From a virus: DNA of 43,502 bases. The stretch lies in the IMG/VR virus record IMGVR_UViG_3300001750_000002, positions 1 to 43,502 of that record. The stretch is one strand, 5' to 3'. Shown one piece after another: positions 15,800 to 23,372 of this stretch; within the stretch, counting starts at the first letter, position 1, and each line of letters begins with the position of its first letter. A model generated the notes under the pieces. It searched no databases and was not told where the DNA came from. It saw only the letters and a list, made by a program, of their open reading frames with translations. Made by a program: the position numbers and the translations under genes.

Positions 15800-17004
15800 C
15801 ACGTAACCTCCAATTCATTGATCATCTCGATCGCTTCGGCCTCGTGCTCGCCGAGCGATTTGCGCGGCAGGTTGTGCGTCTGCACGCCTTTCGACGAATA
15901 GCGTCCGGTTTGCATGGCGCCGTTGAACACGTATTGCCCGCACAGCCGGCCGGCCGGATCGACCTGGTCGAGCATCTTGGCGAATTTCTTCGGGCTCGAC
16001 GACGCGCCGAACTGGCGCAGCTCGAGCAAGGTCGCGACCGCGATCTCGTCGTCGGTCAGACCGTCGTTGGTTTCCTCGAGCGCGTCATAGTAGGCGAGCA
16101 GCGCTTCGACCCGGGGCCGTTCGGCCGAGAGCTTGGCCGCAACGACCTCGTTCTCGTCGTCTTCGTCATACCGCGACACGAGCATGTCGCGCGCTTCGGC
16201 CGATCCGACATTATCGTAAAGCCATTCAGCAATCTTGACGTGCTGCATGATCGTCTTGAGCGCACCACCCGTGAGTCCGGGCAACATGGCATTCGTGCGC
16301 GTCCGATCGGCCTCGGCGATTTGCGCGGCGCGGCGCGCGAAGTCGACGTCGACCGCGATACCGCGGTCATTGATCCGTTCCGATGCCCAGTACTCGGCCC
16401 ATTCCGACGCCGGCAACGGCCGTGTGGCCTTCCATATGTCGCGCAAGAGCTCGGTGTCGCGCACGCCGTAGCCGATATATTCCTGCCACTCAGCGGGTGC
16501 CTCATCGGGCTGGGGGCCCTCAGGAGAAGCAAAGAGCTTCATCAGGCCCTTGCCGCGCTTGTCCTTGCCACCGAGCCCCAGGACCGTCCCGGCGTCCTCC
16601 AGACCCCCCGGCAGGTTCGACGCGGCGCCTTGCGCCATGGCATCGAGCGTCATTTCCGGCGTGAGTTCGGGAAAAGTGGGCTGGCTGTTCCAAATCTGCC
16701 GGTCGAAACCCATGTTCCAAGCGACGAACCACGCCTCACCGGCGGCGGCGCGCTTGTGGAATTGGCGCACTCGCGGGTTCAGATGCTTCCATTCGACATC
16801 GTAGTGACCGAACCGTGCGGCATAGGTCGCATCGACCGGTTCATCGCCGATCGTGTAGGTCCATATGACGGCCTCGGCGGTCGGCGCATAGGCATAGGCG
16901 CCGCACTTGGTTACGTCGTCGTAAGGCGGCAGCGTGCCGGGTAGCGGCCGCGTCTCGCTGTCGAGGAAGCAATAATCGTTAATGTCGTCTGAGAGATAGG
17001 TCAT
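15799..17004 (-). CDS. family-A DNA polymerase, N-terminal fragment (3'-5' exonuclease + thumb)
   Basis: ATG 17004 (MTYLSDDINDY...) is preceded by GGAAGG; the track's 17109 start is a GTG. ExoI CFLDSET, ExoII WNMGFD, ExoIII YGVRD, then GAMQTGRYSSKGVQTHNLPR (equivalent to TGRLSS..PNLQNIP of Pol I). Stops after ...AIEMINELEVT, before motif A. Confidence 0.85.
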   Translation of the reverse strand: MTYLSDDINDYCFLDSETRPLPGTLPPYDDVTKCGAYAYAPTAEAVIWTYTIGDEPVDATYAARFGHYDVEWKHLNPRVRQFHKRAAAGEAWFVAWNMGFDRQIWNSQPTFPELTPEMTLDAMAQGAASNLPGGLEDAGTVLGLGGKDKRGKGLMKLFASPEGPQPDEAPAEWQEYIGYGVRDTELLRDIWKATRPLPASEWAEYWASERINDRGIAVDVDFARRAAQIAEADRTRTNAMLPGLTGGALKTIMQHVKIAEWLYDNVGSAEARDMLVSRYDEDDENEVVAAKLSAERPRVEALLAYYDALEETNDGLTDDEIAVATLLELRQFGASSSPKKFAKMLDQVDPAGRLCGQYVFNGAMQTGRYSSKGVQTHNLPRKSLGEHEAEAIEMINELEVT

Positions 17005-17130
17005 GACGCGCGCCTTCCGATGCGAGGAGGCGGGGTCGACACCGCTTTGCCTGCCGAACAGACTGCTGGTATCGACCCCGTCGAAGTCCGGTATCGGCTT
17101 AGGGACCACCGAACTTCTAAGCAGCCGCTC

Positions 17131-17913
17131 CTACGCGGCGGGACGCCGACGATGGCGACGGACCGGGGTGGCGTCACCAGTCGTCGTTTTCTCCGGCGCG
17201 GCCTTCTGAGCGGGACTGGGGGCAGTCTCTTCGCTCTCGGGCTCGACCGGCGGCTTTTCCACCGGCGCAGGCTCGGTCGCCTGTTCCATGGCCTCGCTGG
17301 CATCTTCGGCGAGCGGAGCCCATTTCTTGATCAGAAAGACCGGGTTGTAGGTCTTCCCGTATTTCGGGTGCTGATAGTCGTCGTTCTGCAATGCGACCAA
17401 CGGGATCGGATTGCCCGGATCCTTGTCGAGCTGCGACATGACGGCACCGATCAGGTTCTTGACCGCGGCAGTGCCACCGAAACTGGTCGTGTTGTAGAGC
17501 GTCTGCACGCCGGTGTCCTCACCGCTCATACACTGCAGAGGAAAGCTGTATTGCTCCCGCCAGTCGCACGTATTCCCGTCATCATCGTGATAGACGGGCA
17601 GCGTTGCGCGCTCCGGGAGCGGCTGAGACGATGACACCATGACATCGCCTTTCTTCTCGTTTTTCTTCTTGTCGTAATTGGTCCAACAACAAAAACCGTG
17701 CTGCAGCGACATGATGTTGATCGCCCACAATGAGCCGTCCTGCACGTCGACATTGTCGGCGCCATAGACCCACATGCCATCGGTCTGCATGCGCATGAAT
17801 GGGTCCGTGTTCGACGACGGCATCGTCTTGGTGACGTTCGCCAGGCCTTGCTTGAGGCCTGACAGCGCCGCGACAGCGCCGCCGGCAGCTTGTGTCTGCA
17901 CTTCGTTTGACAT
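17131..17913 (-). CDS. replication-module protein, possibly ssDNA-binding (DUF2815-like position); function uncertain
   Basis: 260 aa with an AGGAAA RBS. Sits between the Cas4-like nuclease and the polymerase, as SSB-like genes do in nuclease/SSB/PolA/primase modules. Has a Pro/Glu-rich C-terminal linker and a basic end (RRHRRRPAA). Confidence 0.55.
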   Translation of the reverse strand: MSNEVQTQAAGGAVAALSGLKQGLANVTKTMPSSNTDPFMRMQTDGMWVYGADNVDVQDGSLWAINIMSLQHGFCCWTNYDKKKNEKKGDVMVSSSQPLPERATLPVYHDDDGNTCDWREQYSFPLQCMSGEDTGVQTLYNTTSFGGTAAVKNLIGAVMSQLDKDPGNPIPLVALQNDDYQHPKYGKTYNPVFLIKKWAPLAEDASEAMEQATEPAPVEKPPVEPESEETAPSPAQKAAPEKTTTGDATPVRRHRRRPAA

Positions 17914-18092
17914 AGTTCGGTTTCCTATTTCGGTTACAGGTTAATGCGGCAGGTTGGACGTTACCCCAACTAGGCCCTACGCTCCCGAACGCATGGGTGA
18001 TGAATTTGGAGTTCACCACTACCCTTTATTTTGCAGCCAGGCTTCCCATTCGGTCCACCTCATGTGTCTACTTTCCACATCGCTGCCGCAGT

Positions 18093-18194
18093 ATGGCGCG
18101 GCTAAGGTCTATCCGCGCCATGAGCCCGAAGGCTTCGCCGGTTCCTCTTAGGGGAGGTTCACCCGGGCCGGCACCCGGGGGCCTTGCAACGGCC
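18093..18194 (-). other. cluster of five consecutive stem-loops in a ~290-bp non-coding gap of the leftward operon
   Basis: ATGGCGCGG-11 nt-CCGCGCCAT (18093-18121; 9 bp perfect). AGCC-CGAA-GGCT (18123-18134; a UUCG loop on the transcribed strand). CCTC-6 nt-GAGG (18144-18157). CCCGGG-CCGGCA-CCCGGG (18162-18179). GGCC-7 nt-GGCC (18180-18194). Confidence 0.4.
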
Positions 18195-18206
18195 GCTAAA
18201 CCGTCG

Positions 18207-18383
18207 CTAAGAGGGTAGTTTTTTCGTCGGTGACGAATGTATCGAGCACAACGTCGACCATGTTTCATGAGTACACAAACTCTCAGGCGTGACCAGAACG
18301 CGTGTCGCTGTTCCGTCCAGGAAACTCTCATAAGAAATGAATTTCCCGCACTCATCGCATTTGTTCCACGTTTGCTGGGTCAT
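18207..18383 (-). CDS. possible small Cys-rich protein (58 aa)
   Basis: Hand-read. ATG 18383 is preceded by GGGAGA. Sequence MTQQTWNKCDECGKFISYESFLDGTATRVLVTPESLCTHETWSTLCSIHSSPTKKLPS, stop TAG. Third-position GC is only about 54%. Confidence 0.35.
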   Translation of the reverse strand: MTQQTWNKCDECGKFISYESFLDGTATRVLVTPESLCTHETWSTLCSIHSSPTKKLPS

Positions 18384-18404
18384 GTCTCTATCTCCCGTAT
18401 CTAT

Positions 18405-18572
18405 CTAGTACCCAAGATGTTCGCGCGCCTGCTCGATCGACCAACCCGTCACGTCGATCATGTCGAACCCGTAAACGCCGTCGAGCATGTAGTCGGCCTT
18501 GGCCCAGACACGGCCGACGCGGACGGTGATTTCAACGGAGTGGTTTTCGAGGTAGGAGATAAGGGCTTTCAT
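18405..18572 (-). CDS. hypothetical protein (55 aa)
   Basis: Hand-read. ATG 18572 is preceded by ACAGGAAACA. Sequence MKALISYLENHSVEITVRVGRVWAKADYMLDGVYGFDMIDVTGWSIEQAREHLGY. Confidence 0.45.
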   Translation of the reverse strand: MKALISYLENHSVEITVRVGRVWAKADYMLDGVYGFDMIDVTGWSIEQAREHLGY

Positions 18573-18655
18573 GATACTGTTTCCTGTTTCCGATCTCTTT
18601 TACTGTACTCTTTATATAGTCCTTATCGAGTTACTTTGCAAGAGGCTTATGCGGT

Positions 18656-19912
18656 TTATTCGGCGGCCGCTTCTGCCAGCTTCTCTGCGAGCTCCTGCAC
18701 TTCCGCACCCGGCGTATAGACCGGCGCCTTAGAACCGTCACGTACGAGCTTAGTGCCGGTCACTCGGCGCTCGACATACTTCTCGGGGATTTCCTTGAGC
18801 CGGCCCTTGCGGGCTTTCAGGATCTTGTCGACAGATGCCGGCGTGATCAACTTGCGCGGCGCCGCGGCGTCGTATTTCATGCGCATGGACGTGCGCAGCC
18901 ATTTCGTGGTCGCTTCCTCGTCGATCCAGGCGCGGTTCGACAGCGACTGCGTGAGATACCAGCCAGGCACCGAACCAGCCTGGTTGTACTCCAGATCGTG
19001 CGCCAGCTTGTGCGCAGCGTTGCTCAGCTCTTTGAGATCGTCCAGCAGATCGATGATCTGAGCCAGTCGCTCACCGCTTAACAGATCGGAGCCATCAGGG
19101 GGTGCCGTGTAAGCGGTTTCTATGTCGTATCGCGCGTCCGGCAAATCATCCAAGAGCGCGCCATAGGCCGGACACAGTGGTTTGCCCTTGCAGTAACGGC
19201 ACGCGGGGCCCTTGGCGAATGTCGGCGCGTCGGAGCCGATCGCCTCGGAATATTTCGCAACCAGCCGCATGCGGAACGCCTCGAGCGCGCCGGCTGTGGT
19301 TGACCAGCGTTTGAGCACCGGATCGGGCTGCGGCTGCACGATAATGATCTCGACCGGCCAGTCGTCGCCCTCGCCGAACATGTCGGGGCGTGTGTGCTGC
19401 GCCGCGCGGCCGTAATAGAGGCCTTGTGCGTTCTCGACCGGATCGACTTCGTTGAAACCGAATTTCCAGTCGAGAATGACGGTGCGCTGATCGGTTCGGC
19501 CGATCAGGTCGGACGTGCCGAAACTGTCGGGGATGCCGGGCATCTCGACCTGTGTCTCAACAAGAAAGCTGAGACCGCCTTCGTGTTCACACAGATCGCA
19601 GAAATTATCGAACGCCTCCAGCGCCGGCGCGATAGTGTCGCGGTAATCATCGTACGATATGACGCGCCCATAGAATTCTTGACCGATCACAACTTCAGGA
19701 TCTTCAGGGTCATAGTTCACGAGCTCGGCCATCGCCTCGTGCAGCGCCGTGCCACGGTCGGCGGCTTCGTTGCTCTCTTCCGGCGCGTTCGGCATGGCGG
19801 CCTTCAGATCGCGCAACAGGTTGTACGATCCCGGGCATTGGATGATCTGTGCGGCGCTTGAGCCGCCAACCGTAGTCGAGTGGGCGGCGGGCGTGGCGGT
19901 GCGTTCGTTCAT
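18656..19912 (-). CDS. PD-(D/E)XK nuclease with Cas4-like four-Cys cluster (DUF2800-like)
   Basis: N-terminal GGSSAAQIIQCPGSYNL, catalytic-type SDLIGRT...VILDWKFG, and C-terminal CRYCKGKPLCPAY (C-x2-C-x5-C, plus the N-terminal Cys). 418 aa. Confidence 0.8.
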   Translation of the reverse strand: MNERTATPAAHSTTVGGSSAAQIIQCPGSYNLLRDLKAAMPNAPEESNEAADRGTALHEAMAELVNYDPEDPEVVIGQEFYGRVISYDDYRDTIAPALEAFDNFCDLCEHEGGLSFLVETQVEMPGIPDSFGTSDLIGRTDQRTVILDWKFGFNEVDPVENAQGLYYGRAAQHTRPDMFGEGDDWPVEIIIVQPQPDPVLKRWSTTAGALEAFRMRLVAKYSEAIGSDAPTFAKGPACRYCKGKPLCPAYGALLDDLPDARYDIETAYTAPPDGSDLLSGERLAQIIDLLDDLKELSNAAHKLAHDLEYNQAGSVPGWYLTQSLSNRAWIDEEATTKWLRTSMRMKYDAAAPRKLITPASVDKILKARKGRLKEIPEKYVERRVTGTKLVRDGSKAPVYTPGAEVQELAEKLAEAAAE

Positions 19913-19940
19913 GTCTAAGTCTCCCTGTTACGATTTAGTT

Positions 19941-20156
19941 TTACGGGTTAAGGTAATAGCCTGTGGCCTGACGACCCGCCGCCTTGTCATCGTCGCTGTC
20001 CTCGTCCACGATTTCAGCGTTTTCGATAATGAAAACGACAAGATTTTCCAGAGCTTCGGCAACCTCATAAACGTCGATCTGGCTGCCCGGTGTATTATCG
20101 TGAAAAGACCGCGTCATCCACGTCAACTCTTCGACCTGTCGCTTTGTGAGTTTCAT
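19941..20156 (-). CDS. hypothetical acidic protein
   Basis: 71 aa with an AGGGAA RBS. Acidic run EIVDEDSDDDK. Confidence 0.55.
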   Translation of the reverse strand: MKLTKRQVEELTWMTRSFHDNTPGSQIDVYEVAEALENLVVFIIENAEIVDEDSDDDKAAGRQATGYYLNP

Positions 20157-20179
20157 GTCTCGGTTTCCCTGTTCGGTTC

Positions 20180-20392
20180 TTAGCTATCGTATCTGTCCGC
20201 CTCCGGCGCACGGTGATCGGGCACGTACGTGTGAATGAGCGTCTCGACCAGCTCCGACATGGTCACGCCGGTGTAGCGCGATGCCGCGCGCAGCTTATCG
20301 TGAGCCTCGGTCGACAAGGCCACGTTGAACCGTTTCGGCTTGTCCGCATGATGCGTTTTCATTTTGTCCAGATCGAGCATGGCCTTCGACAT
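20180..20392 (-). CDS. ribbon-helix-helix (CopG/Arc-like) DNA-binding protein; first gene of the leftward arm
   Basis: KRFNVALSTEAHDKLRAASRYTGVTMSELVETLI fits a beta-strand/helix/helix RHH fold pattern. GAGGA RBS. Lies next to the divergent promoter region. Confidence 0.7.
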   Translation of the reverse strand: MSKAMLDLDKMKTHHADKPKRFNVALSTEAHDKLRAASRYTGVTMSELVETLIHTYVPDHRAPEADRYDS

Positions 20393-20420
20393 TGCGTATC
20401 GTCCTCGCAGTGACTAGAAT
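20392..20420 (+). promoter_or_regulatory. candidate sigma70-type promoter for the rightward arm
   Basis: TTGCGT (20392-20397), 17 nt, TAGAAT (20415-20420). AGGAGA/AAGGG RBS and ATG 20447 lie downstream. Confidence 0.35.
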
Positions 20421-20436
20421 GTGTCGCGTAATAGGA

Positions 20437-20465
20437 GATATAAGGGATGACTCTCGAATTGTCAA
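20437..20465 (-). promoter_or_regulatory. candidate sigma70-type promoter for the leftward arm
   Basis: On the minus strand: TTGACA (20465-20460), exactly 17 nt, TATATC (20442-20437). The -35 lies inside the first codons of the VRR-NUC gene. It crosses the rightward promoter. Confidence 0.4.
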
Positions 20466-20740
20466 TAGAGGACTATCTCATAGCACGCATAAAGACGCTA
20501 GGCGGTACCGCTAAAAAAGTCACTTACAAAGGTTGTAGAGGCGCACCAGACCGCTTAGTTATACTTCCAGGTGGTCGCATCGTATTCGTTGAACTAAAGC
20601 GGCCTAAAGGTGGCCGCTTGAGCGAAGGGCAGCGCGTTGAGATAAGACTACTCAGCGGCTTAGGTGCCGAGGTTCATGTGTTAAGAACTCGAGAGGAGGT
20701 TGACGATGTGTTCGGACTGGATGAAAAAATTCAAGTCTAA
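20447..20740 (+). CDS. VRR-NUC domain nuclease
   Basis: GAPDRLVILPGGRIVFVELKRPKGGRLSEGQRVEIRLLSGLGAEVHV shows a PD...ExK core and matches the VRR-NUC pattern. 97 aa. Confidence 0.8.
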   Translation: MTLELSIEDYLIARIKTLGGTAKKVTYKGCRGAPDRLVILPGGRIVFVELKRPKGGRLSEGQRVEIRLLSGLGAEVHVLRTREEVDDVFGLDEKIQV

Positions 20741-21152
20741 TATCAACTTCGACGGACCGAGTGACTGTTGGCTGTGGACTGGAACCAAAGACCGCGACGG
20801 TTACGGCAAATTCCATGCCCCTAACGGCACAGGAGGCGCGCACCGCGCGGCCTTTGAGTTGTGGGAAGGGCCAATCCCAAAGGGCCTACATATCGACCAT
20901 CTATGCAGAGTGCCTAACTGTGTCAATCCTGCGCATATGGAGCCTGTCACTCCCGCAGAGAACTGTCGGCGCGGGTATCACGCTACTAAAACTCACTGTA
21001 AGCACGGCCATAAGTACACAGCCGATAACCTGCAGCGTAACAAGGCCGGTATACGCATGTGTAAAACTTGTAGCAGAGAACGTGCCAGGGCCTGGCATAA
21101 AAAGGATAAGCTCGAACGACAGCGCAGAGAACAAGAAAAGTACGGGCCATGA
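20706..21152 (+). CDS. HNH homing endonuclease (HNH_3-type)
   Basis: ATG 20706 follows GAGAGGAGG (20691-20699); the track start at 20700 is TTG. Reads SDCWLWTGTKDRDGYGKFHAPNGTGGAHRAAFELWEGPIPKGLHIDHLCRVPNCVNPAHMEPVTPAENCRRG. Its RBS and first 35 nt lie inside the VRR-NUC gene. Confidence 0.8.
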   Translation: MCSDWMKKFKSNINFDGPSDCWLWTGTKDRDGYGKFHAPNGTGGAHRAAFELWEGPIPKGLHIDHLCRVPNCVNPAHMEPVTPAENCRRGYHATKTHCKHGHKYTADNLQRNKAGIRMCKTCSRERARAWHKKDKLERQRREQEKYGP

Positions 21153-21352
21153 CCGGTTGGAAATTCGACGCGCAAAAGCTTGTGGCCGATCTCGAGGCGG
21201 CTGGCCACCGCACGTCCGTCAAGGCCGCCGGCAATACGGTCTATCTTGCCCAAGTCGCGACCGGTCTGCGCACTCTAGGCATGGGTGAGTTCCTGGCAAT
21301 GAGCTGGCTGGCCGGTTGGGCGCCGGCACGATATATCATAGAGGTAAAGTGA
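21149..21352 (+). CDS. hypothetical protein
   Basis: 67 aa. ATGA overlap upstream and TGATG overlap downstream. Confidence 0.5.
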   Translation: MTGWKFDAQKLVADLEAAGHRTSVKAAGNTVYLAQVATGLRTLGMGEFLAMSWLAGWAPARYIIEVK

Positions 21353-21624
21353 TGCAAATATGGAAATTCTTTGTCCAATCGAACTGTGAAATAGATATGC
21401 CTGCGGACGCTGAAATCGTAGAGGTCGGTGCTCAAAATAACGACATATGTATATGGGCGGTCGTCGATCCATGGGCCCATACGGTGACGAGACAGTTTGA
21501 CGTTATCGGTACCGGACACGAGTTTCGCGATGTACCTCAGCACACTCTTAAATACTTAGGGACAGCACATTTAGAAACTGACGGATGGGTGTTCCACGTA
21601 TTCGAAAAGGTAGCATCCGCATAG
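21352..21624 (+). CDS. conserved phage hypothetical protein (DUF7352-like)
   Basis: ATG 21352 is in frame with track ORF 21316-21624. MQIWKFFVQSNCEIDMPADAEIVEVGAQNNDICIWAVVDP...FDVIGTGHEF...YLGTAHLETDGWVFHVFE resembles a widespread small phage family as I recall it. Confidence 0.55.
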   Translation: MQIWKFFVQSNCEIDMPADAEIVEVGAQNNDICIWAVVDPWAHTVTRQFDVIGTGHEFRDVPQHTLKYLGTAHLETDGWVFHVFEKVASA

Positions 21625-21752
21625 AACACGGCCGCCGGATCCGATCAAGGCATCCAGCGACTGTTTCAGTTCAGGCTTGGGGCGCCCCTAAGCATCCTTA
21701 CGGGTAGCTCCAACCCTCACGCAAAGGGCTGTCGAAAAAGACGCCCCAATTC

Positions 21753-22430
21753 CTAAAAACGGAACCGGAAACCGATCTCCGCGTTGTGGCTGTCGACATG
21801 GCCAAGGCTAGCGCCGGCGACCGTCACGTCTTCATACCGTCGAAAACGGTAGCCGACCGACAGCGCCGTGGTCTCAGTCAGATCGATCGTGACACCGGCC
21901 ATGCCCTGCCAAGCGAATGCCGTCTCGCTGATCGGACCAACGGCAATCAAGGTCATGCCGGCGCCGGCGCCGATATAGGGCGTGAGATCGGTCGAGTTCT
22001 CAAGGTCGATGAACGCATTGGCGAACACGCCGGGCGTCCACACGTTGATGTCGGCCCCGCCGATGTCCAGCGCATTGTAGCCGACCGTCGCCTCGATCTC
22101 AGCGCGGAACATGCCGAGGTCGTAGCCAACTTGTGCGGCGCCCAGACCGCCGATCTCGTCTCGAACACCACCGCCGATATCGACATCCGCCAACCACTGC
22201 GCACCGCCACCGACACCGACGTAGAAGCCGCTGTCGCTCTTAGCCGTTTCAAGTCGCGGAACCTCCCAATCAGCCGCGTTAGCGGAATATGACATTGCAG
22301 TGATCGCACCGACGACAAACAGGCCGGTGAGCAAAGTCAGAGCGAAAGTGCCGATCACTGTAAGGCCGGTGACCAGAAATGAGGAGGCGTCACGGGGCCG
22401 AAGGCCCGGTTTTTCGAACATTTTGCGCAT
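21753..22430 (-). CDS. outer-membrane beta-barrel protein (OMP_b-brl / Omp25-OmpX-Lom-like), moron
   Basis: ATG 22430 (MRKMFEK...) follows AGGAG; the track start at 22469 is in frame. Long signal-like N-terminus ending ...AMSYSANA|ADW. Alternating strands FYVGVGGG, AQVGYDL, FRAEIEATVGY, GVFANAFIDL, PYIGAGAGMT, AWQGMAGVTIDL, LSVGYRFRR. C-terminal ...AEIGFRFRF. Opposite strand to all its neighbours. Confidence 0.8.
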   Translation of the reverse strand: MRKMFEKPGLRPRDASSFLVTGLTVIGTFALTLLTGLFVVGAITAMSYSANAADWEVPRLETAKSDSGFYVGVGGGAQWLADVDIGGGVRDEIGGLGAAQVGYDLGMFRAEIEATVGYNALDIGGADINVWTPGVFANAFIDLENSTDLTPYIGAGAGMTLIAVGPISETAFAWQGMAGVTIDLTETTALSVGYRFRRYEDVTVAGASLGHVDSHNAEIGFRFRF

Positions 22431-22477
22431 TGATGATCTCCTGATATTGAAAAACGCATGGTACTTCACATAGCACC

Positions 22478-22506
22478 TTGCCAGACACTTTACATATCAC
22501 TATGTT
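22478..22506 (+). promoter_or_regulatory. candidate promoter for 22535 and downstream genes
   Basis: TTGCCA (22478-22483), 17 nt, TATGTT (22501-22506). Confidence 0.3.
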
Positions 22507-22519
22507 GAGGAGAATGCAA
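22491..22519 (-). promoter_or_regulatory. candidate promoter for the OMP moron
   Basis: On the minus strand: TTGCAT (22519-22514), 17 nt, TATGTA (22496-22491). Interleaved with the plus-strand candidate. Confidence 0.3.
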
Positions 22520-22534
22520 TAAGGGAACTAAACA

Positions 22535-22900
22535 ATGACATGGTCTTTCGACAACCCAGAATTCATTATCACCGGTGACGGCGTCGAACGGCTCACAGCC
22601 ACGATGCAGTTGGTTCCGAACTTTAAGGCTAAGGGGTGGTGCATCAGTAAAAACCGGTTTGTCATGTTTTGGGCGGAGCATCAAGAGATGACGCCGTTTC
22701 CTGTTCTCATGGGGCCAAAGGATTGCGCAGCGATCGTTATCCATTGGTTAAAGGACGCGGACTACGGCTCCATCCCGGACATCGATGGCGATGTGATAGC
22801 GGGTTGGCGCTGTTATACTGAAAGCTGGGGGCACATCGAAAATTTCGGCTACCAAGCGTTTCTGGCAGTCCATCCGTACTACACGCTATACGGTAAATAG
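22535..22900 (+). CDS. hypothetical protein
   Basis: 121 aa, RBS AAGGGA. No motifs recognised. GC is visibly lower than in the structural genes. Confidence 0.55.
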   Translation: MTWSFDNPEFIITGDGVERLTATMQLVPNFKAKGWCISKNRFVMFWAEHQEMTPFPVLMGPKDCAAIVIHWLKDADYGSIPDIDGDVIAGWRCYTESWGHIENFGYQAFLAVHPYYTLYGK

Positions 22901-22922
22901 AAAACAACAAGGGAGCTAGACA

Positions 22923-23369
22923 ATGGCACGCACGACACTGCAACGCTGCAATGAAATCGATAAACGCGTAAAGAAAGCCTCTGACATACTCATAGGCGCT
23001 AGACTGGGCAAGGAATGGAGTGTTCTTTTTGAGCTGTGTAGCGCGTTGCACGAAGTCACGGCCGTTCTACGGTCGGGCGGTGAACCGAAAGCTTACAACA
23101 AAATCGAGCCGCACGAATTTGCCGCTGCTATAGGGCTGGCCAAAGCGTTTGGCGTCTGCTGGAAATGCGGCGAACAAGAGGAGCATCCTCTACACCAGAC
23201 CGTAACGTCGGGCTTCGTGCGCGTCTATACAACCGAGCGCCAGAACACTGTGCTTTTAGTCAACGGAACGGTCCTTGCCGAGGGCGATGCGGCCAAATTC
23301 GGACGTAAGTTTGCCAAGATCGCGACACGGTTGTCCGAGGAACTGGGCCTGGATTTGGTGAGAGGCTGA
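22923..23369 (+). CDS. hypothetical protein
   Basis: 148 aa, RBS AAGGGAG. A CWKCG motif is the only feature. Confidence 0.55.
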   Translation: MARTTLQRCNEIDKRVKKASDILIGARLGKEWSVLFELCSALHEVTAVLRSGGEPKAYNKIEPHEFAAAIGLAKAFGVCWKCGEQEEHPLHQTVTSGFVRVYTTERQNTVLLVNGTVLAEGDAAKFGRKFAKIATRLSEELGLDLVRG

Positions 23370-23372
23370 ACA

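Noticed and set aside
15799-15830. Possibility that the polymerase break is a split intein or an intron
   Set aside because: The N-fragment ends …ELEVT* and the C-fragment starts MTALDN…. There are no intein A/B or F/G blocks (no C/S-led junction, no HN-C/S/T), and no intron-like structured RNA is adjacent. The halves are also on opposite strands, which rules out simple splicing.
17020-17634. 204-aa plus-strand ORF and neighbours (15844-16944, 17003-17209)
   Set aside because: They are antisense to the polymerase N-fragment and the SSB-like gene, and are Arg/Leu-rich shadow frames.
21676-21692. Palindrome CTTGGGGCGCCCCTAAG between convergent genes (21624 / 21753)
   Set aside because: GGGGCGCCCC leaves no loop, so it is a poor RNA hairpin. 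It could be a protein site or restriction-type palindrome, but nothing else supports a function.
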